Source of the DNA: an uncultured Bacteroidota bacterium
Lineage (GTDB): Bacteria > Bacteroidota > Bacteroidia > Chitinophagales > Chitinophagaceae
Direction: 5' to 3'
DNA length: 64,000 nucleotides
Assembly: GCA_903837525.1 (NCBI GenBank)
Contig: CAILUU010000033.1
Coordinates: 23,310 to 87,309, forward strand
A model generated the notes under the pieces. That model was not told the DNA's origin, made no database searches, and saw nothing but the letters and a program-made list of their open reading frames with translations. Positions 19,810 to 28,715 of the stretch are shown piece after piece (within the stretch, counting starts at the first letter, position 1; each line of letters begins with the position of its first letter). The translations under genes were made by a program, and so were the position numbers.

Positions 19810-20736
19810 TTAATTACCTCTACCACTTAATAAATATAATACGGCCATACGTACAGCCACTCCATTTTCTACTTGGTTTAAAATTATAGATTGGTTACCA
19901 TCTGCAACATCACTATCAATTTCTACTCCTCTATTAATTGGACCAGGGTGCATTATTACAATCTCTTTACCCAAACTATCTAGTAATTTTTTACTTACCC
20001 CATACGCCAAATTATATTCTCTTAAAGATGAAAACAACACCTGATTTTGTCGTTCTAATTGAATACGTAATACATTAGCCACATCGCACCACTGTAATGC
20101 TTTTTTCAAATTGTATTCAACTTTTACATCTAAGGCTTCGGTAATGTATTTTGGTATTAATGTTGGTGGACCAGCTACCATAACCTCTGCCCCCATTTTT
20201 TTAAGCAAATAAATATTACTTAACGCTACTCTACTGTGCATAATATCTCCCACTAAAACAATTTTTTTCCCTTGTAACGTACCTAATTTTTCTTGAATAC
20301 TAAATGCATCTAACAAAGCTTGTGTAGGGTGTTCATTTATTCCATCGCCAGCATTTATAATTGCCGCAGGTATATGTTGTGCTAAAAAATGTGGAGCACC
20401 ACTTGCACTGTGCCGCATTACTACCATATCCACTTTCATACTTAAAATATTATTTACAGTATCTAAAAGAGTTTCCCCTTTTGATACAGAGGAAGAGGAG
20501 GTGGTAAAATTAATGGTATCTGCACTCAACCGTTTTTCTGCCAACTCAAAACTAATACGAGTACGAGTACTATTTTCGTAAAATAAATTTACAATAGTTA
20601 CATCACGTAAACTTGGTACTTTTTTAATTGGTCGTTGTAAAACTTCTTTAAATTGCTGGGCAGTTTGCACTATTAATGCAATATCCGAGGGGAGTAAATC
20701 TTTAATGCCGAGTAAATGTTTTGTACTTAGTTGCAT
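19810..20736 (-). CDS. pyrB: aspartate carbamoyltransferase catalytic subunit
   Basis: F.E.STRTR.SFE and HP.Q.L.D motifs; 308 aa. Confidence 0.92.
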   Translation of the reverse strand: MQLSTKHLLGIKDLLPSDIALIVQTAQQFKEVLQRPIKKVPSLRDVTIVNLFYENSTRTRISFELAEKRLSADTINFTTSSSSVSKGETLLDTVNNILSMKVDMVVMRHSASGAPHFLAQHIPAAIINAGDGINEHPTQALLDAFSIQEKLGTLQGKKIVLVGDIMHSRVALSNIYLLKKMGAEVMVAGPPTLIPKYITEALDVKVEYNLKKALQWCDVANVLRIQLERQNQVLFSSLREYNLAYGVSKKLLDSLGKEIVIMHPGPINRGVEIDSDVADGNQSIILNQVENGVAVRMAVLYLLSGRGN

Positions 20737-20775
20737 TAAGGAACAAAATTAGAGTAAATAATTAAGAATTAAAAA

Positions 20776-21285
20776 TTAATATAAAACTACTTCTTCTTTG
20801 TCCCAGTTTACTTTTACTTTTTGAGAAATGATGCTATCAATGGCTTTCCCACAATAATCTGGTTGAATAGGTAGTTCCCTATTAAAACGTCTATCTACTA
20901 ATACACAAAGCTCTACTTTTTGTGATCGCCCAAAGTCTTGTAAGGCATCTAATGCTGCCCTAATGGTACGGCCTGTGTACAATACATCATCAATTAAAAT
21001 TACTTTTTTGCCTTCTATTGTAAAAGGAATATCCGTTTTAGAGGCATTATGCAATTCATCTCTTACATCATCTCTGTAAAACGTAATATCTAAAATACCA
21101 TATTGTATTTTTTGTTTGGGAGATAATTGCTTAATTATTTCTACTATTTTATTACTTACGAAAATTCCTCTTGGTTGCAAGCCAATGAAGACTACTTGTT
21201 CCAAATCATCAATATTTTCTAATAACTGATGGGCTAATCGAAGTAAGGTTATATTTAGTTGAGGTTTATCTAAAATTACTTTCAC
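20776..21285 (-). CDS. pyrR: PyrR: pyrimidine operon regulator / uracil phosphoribosyltransferase
   Basis: PRPP-binding VILIDDVLYTGRTIRAALDAL; 169 aa; directly upstream of pyrB. Confidence 0.85.
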   Translation of the reverse strand: MKVILDKPQLNITLLRLAHQLLENIDDLEQVVFIGLQPRGIFVSNKIVEIIKQLSPKQKIQYGILDITFYRDDVRDELHNASKTDIPFTIEGKKVILIDDVLYTGRTIRAALDALQDFGRSQKVELCVLVDRRFNRELPIQPDYCGKAIDSIISQKVKVNWDKEEVVLY

Positions 21286-21312
21286 TAGTATAAATTTAAA
21301 AATTCGTAATCC

Positions 21313-22947
21313 TTATTTCTCCAACATAAACGGATACCTATAATCTGTCGGTGGGGTAAAGGTTTCTTTAATTGTTCTTGCACTTAACCAACGATATAAA
21401 TTTAAAGCACTTCCTGCTTTATCATTTGTACCGCTTGCTCTTGCACCACCAAATGGTTGCTGCCCTACTACTGCACCTGTTGGTTTATCGTTAATATAAA
21501 AATTACCTGCACTGTTTATAAGCTTATTGGTAGCAAGTTCTACTGCATATCTATCTTGTGCTAATACTGCCCCTGTTAAAGCATAAGCAGAGGTTGAGTC
21601 TACTAATTTTAAGGTTTCTTCAAATTTGTTTTCATCGTAAACATAAATGGTAAGTACTGGCCCAAATAATTCCTCACACATGGTTGCATAATAAGGATCG
21701 GCTGCTTCAATAATGGTAGGTTCTATAAAATAACCTATTGTTTTGTCGCACTTCCCTCCTACCCATATTTTAGCACCGCTATTTCTTTTACGAGCATTTT
21801 TTATATAGTTTTCTAATTTATCAAAACTTTTTTCATCAATAACCGCATTTACAAAATTGGTAAAGTTTTCAACCGTACCCATTTGCATAGTCTTTACTTG
21901 CTCTACCAATTTCTTTTTTACTTCGGCAGCCATATTACTTGGAATATATGCTCTGCTTGCTGCACTACATTTTTGCCCTTGATACTCAAATGCACCTCTT
22001 GCTAATGCAGTAACCACAGCATCAACATTTGCACTTTTATGTGCAACTACAAAATCTTTACCGCCAGTTTCGCCAACAATACGTGGGTACGACTTATACA
22101 TCCCCATATTCTTACCTATGGTTTCCCACATTTTATTAAATACACCTGTGCTTCCTGTAAAGTGTATGCCTGCAAAATCTGGATGATTAAATACAACTTC
22201 TCCAATGGTTGGTCCATCTATAAAAACTAAATTTATGACTCCATCAGGCAAGCCTGCTTCTTTTAAAATACGCATAAATAATTGTGCCGAGTACACTTGG
22301 GTGTTAGCACATTTCCACACTACCACATTACCACACATTGCAGCACTAGCAGGTAAATTACCACCAATAGCTGTAAAATTAAATGGGGTAAGAGCAAATA
22401 CAAATCCTTCTAAGGGGCGATACTCCAAACGGTTATACATACCTGCTCCGCTTATAGGTTGTTGTCTATAAATTTCACTTAAAAAATGTACGTTAAAACG
22501 TAAAAAATCTATCAACTCACATGCGGCATCAATTTCGGCCTGATAGGCATTTTTACTTTGCCCAAGCATGGTTGTACCGTTAATGTATGGTCTATATTTT
22601 GTTGCCAATAAATCGGCGGCTTTTAAAAAAATATTTGCTCGGTTTTCCCAACTTAAATTAGCCCACTTATCTTTTGCTTTTAATGCAGCTGCAATAGCTT
22701 TTTTTACATGGCTTGCATCGCCTACGTGAAATTTTCCAAGCAAATGTTTGTGTTCATGTGGGGGATGTATGCCTATGGTTTTGCCCGTTCGTACTTCATC
22801 AGCTCCAATATACATAGGTACATCTGCAACGGAAGTTTTTAATTCTTTTAAAACTTCTTTTAAACGTTTTTTTTCTGGAGAATTTGGAGCATAATTTAAT
22901 ACTGGCTCATTAACTGGTAGTGGGTAATAAAAATCGCCAAATTGCAT
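21313..22947 (-). CDS. pruA: L-glutamate gamma-semialdehyde (1-pyrroline-5-carboxylate) dehydrogenase
   Basis: Aldehyde dehydrogenase motifs ETGGKD and QGQKCSA. N-terminus MQFGDFYYPLPVNEPVL.Y starts at ATG 22947. The 31-codon track extension would overlap prfB. Confidence 0.88.
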   Translation of the reverse strand: MQFGDFYYPLPVNEPVLNYAPNSPEKKRLKEVLKELKTSVADVPMYIGADEVRTGKTIGIHPPHEHKHLLGKFHVGDASHVKKAIAAALKAKDKWANLSWENRANIFLKAADLLATKYRPYINGTTMLGQSKNAYQAEIDAACELIDFLRFNVHFLSEIYRQQPISGAGMYNRLEYRPLEGFVFALTPFNFTAIGGNLPASAAMCGNVVVWKCANTQVYSAQLFMRILKEAGLPDGVINLVFIDGPTIGEVVFNHPDFAGIHFTGSTGVFNKMWETIGKNMGMYKSYPRIVGETGGKDFVVAHKSANVDAVVTALARGAFEYQGQKCSAASRAYIPSNMAAEVKKKLVEQVKTMQMGTVENFTNFVNAVIDEKSFDKLENYIKNARKRNSGAKIWVGGKCDKTIGYFIEPTIIEAADPYYATMCEELFGPVLTIYVYDENKFEETLKLVDSTSAYALTGAVLAQDRYAVELATNKLINSAGNFYINDKPTGAVVGQQPFGGARASGTNDKAGSALNLYRWLSARTIKETFTPPTDYRYPFMLEK

Positions 22948-23020
22948 ATCGTTTTTTTTGATTTTAATATTTATGGTACAAAGAAACAACTTTCTTTTAG
23001 AAAATTTTAGCTTTAGTAAC

Positions 23021-24110
23021 CTAAGCATCTTCCTTTTCACTCATTAAATAGGCTTTTATAAACCCATCTAACTCCCCATCCATCACTGGCCCAACATTAC
23101 CTACTTCATAATCGGTTCTATGGTCTTTTATCATTTTGTATGGATGAAAAACATAGCTGCGTATTTGGCTACCCCACTCTATTTTTTTCTTTTTACTATT
23201 GGCAGCGTTTTTAATTTCGTTACGCTTTTGTAACTCCAATTCGTATAAACGGCTTTTAAGCATTTGCATGGCAAGCTCTCTATTTCCTAACTGGCTTCTA
23301 TCTTGTTGGCAAACTACAACAATACCAGTGGGTATATGCGTTAGCTGTACTTTAGTTTCTACCTTGTTTACATTTTGCCCTCCAGCACCGCCACTTCGGC
23401 TAGTATCCATCTTAACATCTGCAGGGTTTATTTCTATTTTAATGGTATCATCTACCAAAGGATATACGTTTATAGATGCAAAGGAGGTATGCCGCCTAGC
23501 GTTACTATCAAAAGGAGAAATACGTACAAGGCGATGAACCCCATTTTCGCCTTTTAAAAAACCATATGCAAACGAACCTTCAACTTCATACGTACAGCTT
23601 TTAATCCCTGCCCCATCTCCCCATTGCCAATCTAGCTCTTTTACTTTCCAGCCTTGCTTTTCGGCATACATTCTGTACATTCTTGCTAACATTTCTGCCC
23701 AATCTTGGCTTTCGGTACCACCAGCACCACTATTTATTTGTATTATAGCTGTTAGCTCATCTTCGAGTTCATTTAAGGTACTTTTAAACTCGGCATCTTC
23801 TAACCCAACATTAGCTTTATCGTAAGCTTCTTTTACTTCCTCTTCAGTCGTTTCGCCTTCTTTCCAAAAATCAAAAAGCAAGGCAAAATCTTCTACGGCG
23901 TTTTGTACGCTAAGAAACATATTTACCCAATACTCATTTACTTTTGTTTCTTTTAAAATTGATGTAGCTCTGGCATTATCGTCCCAAAAGCCTGGAGAAA
24001 GTGAAAGTTGCTTGTCGTTTTCTATTTTTCTTTTTCTATTAGCAACGTCAAAGAAACCTCCCCAAAACCACCAAACGGTCTCTCATACCCTTAATTTGTT
24101 CTATTGTCAT
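23021..24110 (-). CDS. prfB: peptide chain release factor 2, requiring a programmed +1 frameshift
   Basis: Frame 0 runs from ATG 24110 ([20 protein letters not shown]) to in-frame TGA 24050..24048. The +1 frame resumes at GAC 24049 and runs to the stop at 23021, containing SPF (ISPFDS) and GGQ ([10 protein letters not shown]). Confidence 0.93.
24047..24063 (-). other. RF2 autoregulatory +1 frameshift site: GGGGAGG TTT CTT TGA C
   Basis: On the minus strand, the classical CTT_TGA_C slippery/stop context lies 3 nt after an internal Shine-Dalgarno-like GGGGAGG. Confidence 0.9.
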
Positions 24111-24152
24111 AACTGTAAATATAGCTCTTTAAAAACTAAAATGTATTGATAC

Positions 24153-24182
24153 AAAAAGCCTCGAATAAATCCGAGGCTTTTG
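24153..24182 (-). terminator. rho-independent terminator of the OmpA/TSP3 gene
   Basis: gcctcg (24158..24163) / cgaggc (24172..24177) with flanking A and T runs. Confidence 0.75.
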
Positions 24183-24201
24183 TATTACTCTGTAATAAGT
24201 A

Positions 24202-25545
24202 TTATTTATAATTTCTTGCAGTCATTTCAACTCTTCTGTTTAACGCTCTACCAGCAGCTGTTTTGTTATCAGCAGCAGGCTTATCCTGACCGTAACCAGC
24301 ACTTGCTAATCTATCAGCAGCTATACCTTTAGTTTCTATATAGGCTTGAACAGATGCAGCTCTTGCTTCTGATAATGCTTGATTTTTTGCAGCATCACCC
24401 GTAATATCTGTATGACCATCAATAGTTAAATTATAACTTGCATTTTCATTTAAAATAGCAACTACATCGTTTAATGACTTAAATGATTTTGTTAATAATT
24501 TAGAACTACCTGTAGCAAAGAATACATTTTTAGCAGCAGCATTTATACGCTTAACAATTGCTTCGGTTATAACTGGGCAACCAAAGTTACTAGCAGGGCC
24601 TACTTCATTTACACATTTATCTTCTTCATCGTTAACACCATCACCATCGGTATCCGGTATTGGACAACCTTGGTAACGAGCAACACCAGCAACATCTGGA
24701 CACTTATCATCTGCATCGGTAATACCATCCCCGTCTCTATCTGGACAACCCTGTAAAGAAGCGATACCAGCAACATCTGGACACTTATCATCTGCATCAG
24801 TAATACCATCACCATCTCTATCTGGACAACCCTGTAAAGAAGCGATACCAGCAACATCTGGACACTTATCATCTGCATCTATAACACCATCACCGTCTCT
24901 ATCCTTTGGAACCTCAATTACCGGAGGAGGTATTACGATTGGCGCGACTTTTTTTTTACCAATACTTTGGCCTAAACCTAAAGAATAAAACATGTTATCG
25001 TCTATAACAGATTTTGTTAAGGACGCTCTATATAAGGCTTGCACAAATATATAAGCAGTTGAACTTAGGTTTGTTTGAACACCTACTCCCAATGGAACAT
25101 AAGCACCAAACTTTTTAGTGTCAACAGGATATGCTGCACCAATACCTACAGTTAAAAAAGGGGCTACTAGTGAGTTATCGCCGTAAGGACGAATGTTTAA
25201 TGCAGCTTCTGCTTCAGGAGAAAATTCTCTTCTAGAGACAACAGTTGAGCTAAGAGTAGGATACTCTAAAAATGTTCCGGTTGCTTTAAGAGATAAATCT
25301 ATTTTATTGGTTAAACCTCTCCAATAAGAAATAGAAAAACCTTTACTCATTTCAGGAATAGTTGAATAAACCTTGCCAGAAACTGGTGATTTGATTCCAA
25401 TAGGTGCTTTGTAATCTGACATATTAAAATGCACAGCTAACACTTCACCCTTCTTAGGGCCAGAATATTTACTTTCCATATCTTGTGAGAAACCACAGAT
25501 AGAAATTAAAATAACTGCAAAAACTAATGATAATTTTTGTTTCAT
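24202..25545 (-). CDS. outer-membrane protein: N-terminal beta-barrel, thrombospondin type-3 (calcium-binding) repeats and a C-terminal OmpA domain
   Basis: Signal peptide. Repeated DRDGDG(I/V)(T/I)DADDKCPDVAG units. C-terminal GHTD..G....N..LS..RA ... NRRVE. Confidence 0.9.
   Translation of the reverse strand: MKQKLSLVFAVILISICGFSQDMESKYSGPKKGEVLAVHFNMSDYKAPIGIKSPVSGKVYSTIPEMSKGFSISYWRGLTNKIDLSLKATGTFLEYPTLSSTVVSRREFSPEAEAALNIRPYGDNSLVAPFLTVGIGAAYPVDTKKFGAYVPLGVGVQTNLSSTAYIFVQALYRASLTKSVIDDNMFYSLGLGQSIGKKKVAPIVIPPPVIEVPKDRDGDGVIDADDKCPDVAGIASLQGCPDRDGDGITDADDKCPDVAGIASLQGCPDRDGDGITDADDKCPDVAGVARYQGCPIPDTDGDGVNDEEDKCVNEVGPASNFGCPVITEAIVKRINAAAKNVFFATGSSKLLTKSFKSLNDVVAILNENASYNLTIDGHTDITGDAAKNQALSEARAASVQAYIETKGIAADRLASAGYGQDKPAADNKTAAGRALNRRVEMTARNYK
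24660..24902. repeat. 3 x 81-bp in-frame tandem repeat inside the OmpA/TSP3 gene
   Basis: Units start at 24660, 24741 and 24822. The last two are identical over their first 57 bp. Each encodes one 27-aa TSP3 unit. Confidence 0.9.
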
Positions 25546-25628
25546 AAACTTTAGTTTGATTAATGTTTTTCGTTCTTAATAAGCAAATATAATGTTAAAT
25601 TATTAATAAATTCTAATAACCAAAACTT

Positions 25629-25829
25629 TTAGCCTATTTTTTTTAAACTTTTATTTATTCCCACGTACCTTTTTTTAAATAATAATGGCCAAAAAGCTCT
25701 CCGAAATAGTAATGGCCACAAATATACCCCCATTGTGCCCATTTTTAAATATTTTGCAAGTAAATAAGCTACAGGAATTTGTAGTACCCAAAAAGATACA
25801 ATATTTATGTATGTTGGTACTTTTTTCAT
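25629..25829 (-). pseudogene. 3'-terminal remnant of a MATE-family efflux transporter gene, frameshifted
   Basis: PTYINIVSFWVLQIPVAYLLAKYL..G..G resembles the last TM helices of MATE (NorM-like) proteins. The expected continuation (G)IFVAITISESFLAIII and the ending FKKGTWE* are readable only in other frames. There are no upstream coding remains. Confidence 0.45.
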
Positions 25830-26022
25830 TCCTTAATTGTTGTTTCACTCTATAATGCTATAAATAAATATGAAATTAGGAATTGATAACACTTGTGTTA
25901 AGGTTAGATAACTACTAAACTTATGTTACTTTTAAGAGTAAGTTGTATGACCAATTATAAAAATGTACTCAGTAAAAGTAAATAAAGCTGTATTTAAGTA
26001 TAAAAAAGTTTTTTAATTACCC

Positions 26023-26030
26023 TATATTTG
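26023..26030 (+). promoter_or_regulatory. candidate -7 box (TATATTTG) for tRNA-Arg
   Basis: TAnnTTTG match 12 nt upstream of the tRNA 5' end. Confidence 0.4.
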
Positions 26031-26042
26031 CAGCCCTAAACT

Positions 26043-26116
<74 letters not shown>

Positions 26117-26121
26117 CGCAA

Positions 26122-26152
26122 AAAGGTTGTCCCATTTTGACAACCTTTTTTT
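26122..26152 (+). terminator. rho-independent terminator after tRNA-Arg
   Basis: 10-bp stem aaaggttgtc / gacaaccttt followed by a T-run. Confidence 0.8.
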
Positions 26153-26167
26153 ATTTTTATAAAAAAA

Positions 26168-26851
26168 ATGGACGTAAAAATTGAACCTTCTTGGAAAGCC
26201 GAACTTAAAGAAGAATTTAAGAAACCGTATTTTTTACAAATTGCCACTTTTTTAAAAACAGAAAAAGCTTTAAACAAAGTAATTTATCCCCCTGGCACAT
26301 TAATTTTTAATGCATTTAATCAAACTCCATTTAACAAATTAAAAGTTGTTATTATTGGTCAAGATCCTTACCATGGAGCTGGGCAAGCCCATGGCTTAAG
26401 CTTTTCGGTTCAAAACGGTATAAAGCCCCCGCCCTCTCTAGTAAATATTTACAAAGAAATACAACTAGATATTGGCATAGCGATGCCTAAAGAATATGGT
26501 AACCTTACCAATTGGGCACAACAAGGTGTTTTATTGTTAAATGCTGCTTTAACAGTAAGAGATGGTGAACCTTTTAGCCATGCTAAATTTGGCTGGGCCG
26601 ATTTTACAGATAGCGTAATTCAAAAAATATCTGACAATAAAAAAGGAGTAGTATTTTTATTATGGGGTAAATTTGCACAAGACAAACAAGTACTAATAGA
26701 CGAAACAAAACACCATGTTTTAAAAGCAGCTCACCCCTCTCCTTTTAGTGCAGATAAAGGTTTTTTTGGTTGCAAACACTTTTCTAAAACAAACGAATTT
26801 TTAGTTAAAGAAGGGCATCAACCCATTGATTGGAAATTATTAACCCCATAA
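26168..26851 (+). CDS. ung: uracil-DNA glycosylase
   Basis: [20 protein letters not shown] and HPSP motifs. Confidence 0.95.
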   Translation: MDVKIEPSWKAELKEEFKKPYFLQIATFLKTEKALNKVIYPPGTLIFNAFNQTPFNKLKVVIIGQDPYHGAGQAHGLSFSVQNGIKPPPSLVNIYKEIQLDIGIAMPKEYGNLTNWAQQGVLLLNAALTVRDGEPFSHAKFGWADFTDSVIQKISDNKKGVVFLLWGKFAQDKQVLIDETKHHVLKAAHPSPFSADKGFFGCKHFSKTNEFLVKEGHQPIDWKLLTP

Positions 26852-26859
26852 AATAAAAA

Positions 26860-27597
26860 ATGAAAATAGCTAAAGAAATTTTTGCAAGAATATGGGCTTT
26901 TTGGGGTCTAGTTACTTTTATAGTAACCTTCTCGATAATTTTTATCCCTTCCATGTTCTCGCATTTTTATAAAGATGAAAAAAAAGGACAAGATTACTTT
27001 ATTCGAATATCGAAAGTTTGGATGAGTTTTTGGCTATTTTTAGTGGGATGTAATGTAAAAATTAAGGGAAAAGAAAATTTTAAAAAAGGTGAAAATTATG
27101 TAGTTATTTTTAATCATAATGCTTTTTTAGATGTGCCTTTATCTGCACCATTTGTGCCTGGTGGAAATAAAACTATCGCCAAGGATTCATTTAGTAAAAT
27201 ACCCATTTTTAAATGGTTTTACAAAAGAGGTGGTGTTTTGGTTAATAGAAAAAATGAAAGAAGTAGAATAAAGGGGTATGAAGAAATGCGGATGGTTTTA
27301 GCAAGTGGTATGCATATGAGTATATATCCGGAGGGTACTCGAAATAGAACCAGTGAACCCTTAAAAGCATTTTATGATGGTGCGTTTAAATTAGCTGTAG
27401 ATGCAAAAAAAGATATAATCCCTACTATAATTATAGGCACTAAAAAAGCAATGCCTATTGAAAAAACATTTTATTTTTTGCCTACAAAATTAACTATGCA
27501 TTTTTTACCCCCTATTTCTTCTGCTCAAATAGAAACAAAAGCTTTAAAAGAAAAAGTTTTTGAAACCATGAAAGATTTTTACCAAAAAAATGTTTAA
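26860..27597 (+). CDS. 1-acyl-sn-glycerol-3-phosphate acyltransferase family protein
   Basis: N-terminal TM helix, HX4D motif (NHNAFLD) and a YPEGTR box. Confidence 0.8.
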   Translation: MKIAKEIFARIWAFWGLVTFIVTFSIIFIPSMFSHFYKDEKKGQDYFIRISKVWMSFWLFLVGCNVKIKGKENFKKGENYVVIFNHNAFLDVPLSAPFVPGGNKTIAKDSFSKIPIFKWFYKRGGVLVNRKNERSRIKGYEEMRMVLASGMHMSIYPEGTRNRTSEPLKAFYDGAFKLAVDAKKDIIPTIIIGTKKAMPIEKTFYFLPTKLTMHFLPPISSAQIETKALKEKVFETMKDFYQKNV

Positions 27598-27601
27598 CCA
27601 G

Positions 27602-28606
27602 CTACTTAATTAAATTAAATTTTTGTAACAGCGTGGCTTGATTACCTGCTCTAACTAAATTATGTGTTGGGTAAGCACAAGTATAATAAACATCATCATT
27701 TAAATAATCGGTTAAAAACCTTAACGCTTGCATATAAATCATATACCTGCCAGCAAAATGAAACGATTTTTTTTCTTTAGCGGTTAATTCTTCTCCCATT
27801 TCGGTTAAATAGCCCTCGGTAATTGCATTATAAAAATTTAGGCGTATTTCTATTTTGCTAAAGTCGCTTTCCTCTTCGCTTACAGGGCTCAAGTACGTTC
27901 TCATCATATCTCCAACATCACTAATAAAATAGCCCGGCATTACCGTATCTAAATCAATTATACATAGTCCATTTTCATATGCATTGAATAATACATTACT
28001 AATCTTTGTATCGTGGTGTGTAACTCTTATTTTAAATCCAGATTTACGATTTTCAAATATTGTTGCAATACTTTTTTGAGCAATTAAATAGGCGATTAAT
28101 TCCTTACTTTCTTCGATACGTTTAGCATTTCCATTTATTATTGCAGCCTTAAATTGTTGTAATCGTAAGTTTAAATTATGAAAGTTTGAGAGTGTGTTTT
28201 TTAATATCCCTACATCTACTTGTACTAATAATTTTGAGAACCGTGCAAATTGTTTTGCAGCTTCAAATGCTTGTTGGGGGGTGTTAACTACATCGATAGT
28301 ATGTGAATTAGGTACAAAATTGAAAAGCCTATAATATCCATCCTCCTCTTTTACCATTGTTTTACCTGTTGTTGTTTTAAGCGGAGCAATAAATAAATAA
28401 GTTGGATGATATTTTTGTAGAAAAGTACTAAGCAAATCAATATTGAATGCAATATTTTCAGGAGTTGTAAAGACTGTTGTGTTAATTTTTTGTAATACAA
28501 ATTTTTTATGATCACTATGTACTAACCAGGTAGAATTTATCAACCCATTTCCTAAGGGCTCTATCGAAAAATCAGTAATCGTAAATTGCTTTAAAACTTT
28601 TAACAT
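27602..28606 (-). CDS. aminoglycoside-phosphotransferase (APH) fold kinase, substrate unknown
   Basis: Catalytic HHDTKISNVLF and IIDLDT (Brenner and DxD-like motifs of the APH/choline kinase fold). Confidence 0.7.
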   Translation of the reverse strand: MLKVLKQFTITDFSIEPLGNGLINSTWLVHSDHKKFVLQKINTTVFTTPENIAFNIDLLSTFLQKYHPTYLFIAPLKTTTGKTMVKEEDGYYRLFNFVPNSHTIDVVNTPQQAFEAAKQFARFSKLLVQVDVGILKNTLSNFHNLNLRLQQFKAAIINGNAKRIEESKELIAYLIAQKSIATIFENRKSGFKIRVTHHDTKISNVLFNAYENGLCIIDLDTVMPGYFISDVGDMMRTYLSPVSEEESDFSKIEIRLNFYNAITEGYLTEMGEELTAKEKKSFHFAGRYMIYMQALRFLTDYLNDDVYYTCAYPTHNLVRAGNQATLLQKFNLIK

Positions 28607-28715
28607 AATTACTAAATTCGCTTAAATAAATTACATAATAAAATTGTGCTTTTGAAAGTCCTCATGCAAGTAGTGGTGTAAAAGGTAGGGCATTAAAAAT
28701 TTTAAAAACTCTACC

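Noticed and set aside
21286-21312. PyrR-binding attenuator loop upstream of pyrR-pyrB.
   Set aside because: Only 27 nt separate the pruA stop from the pyrR start, and the pyrR-pyrB spacer is 39 nt. Neither contains the UCCAGAGAGG-type PyrR box or a terminator/antiterminator. PyrR here may act only as a UPRTase, or on targets elsewhere.
22948-23040. Apparent 20-nt overlap of the pruA ORF with the prfB 3' end.
   Set aside because: It is caused by the extended track ORF. The conserved PruA N-terminus begins at ATG 22947, which removes the overlap.
24609-24878. 89-aa alternative-frame ORF with an internally repeated peptide (MQMISVQMLLVSLLYRVVQIE...).
   Set aside because: It is an off-frame reading of the 81-bp TSP3 tandem repeats. 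The repeats explain the periodic peptide.
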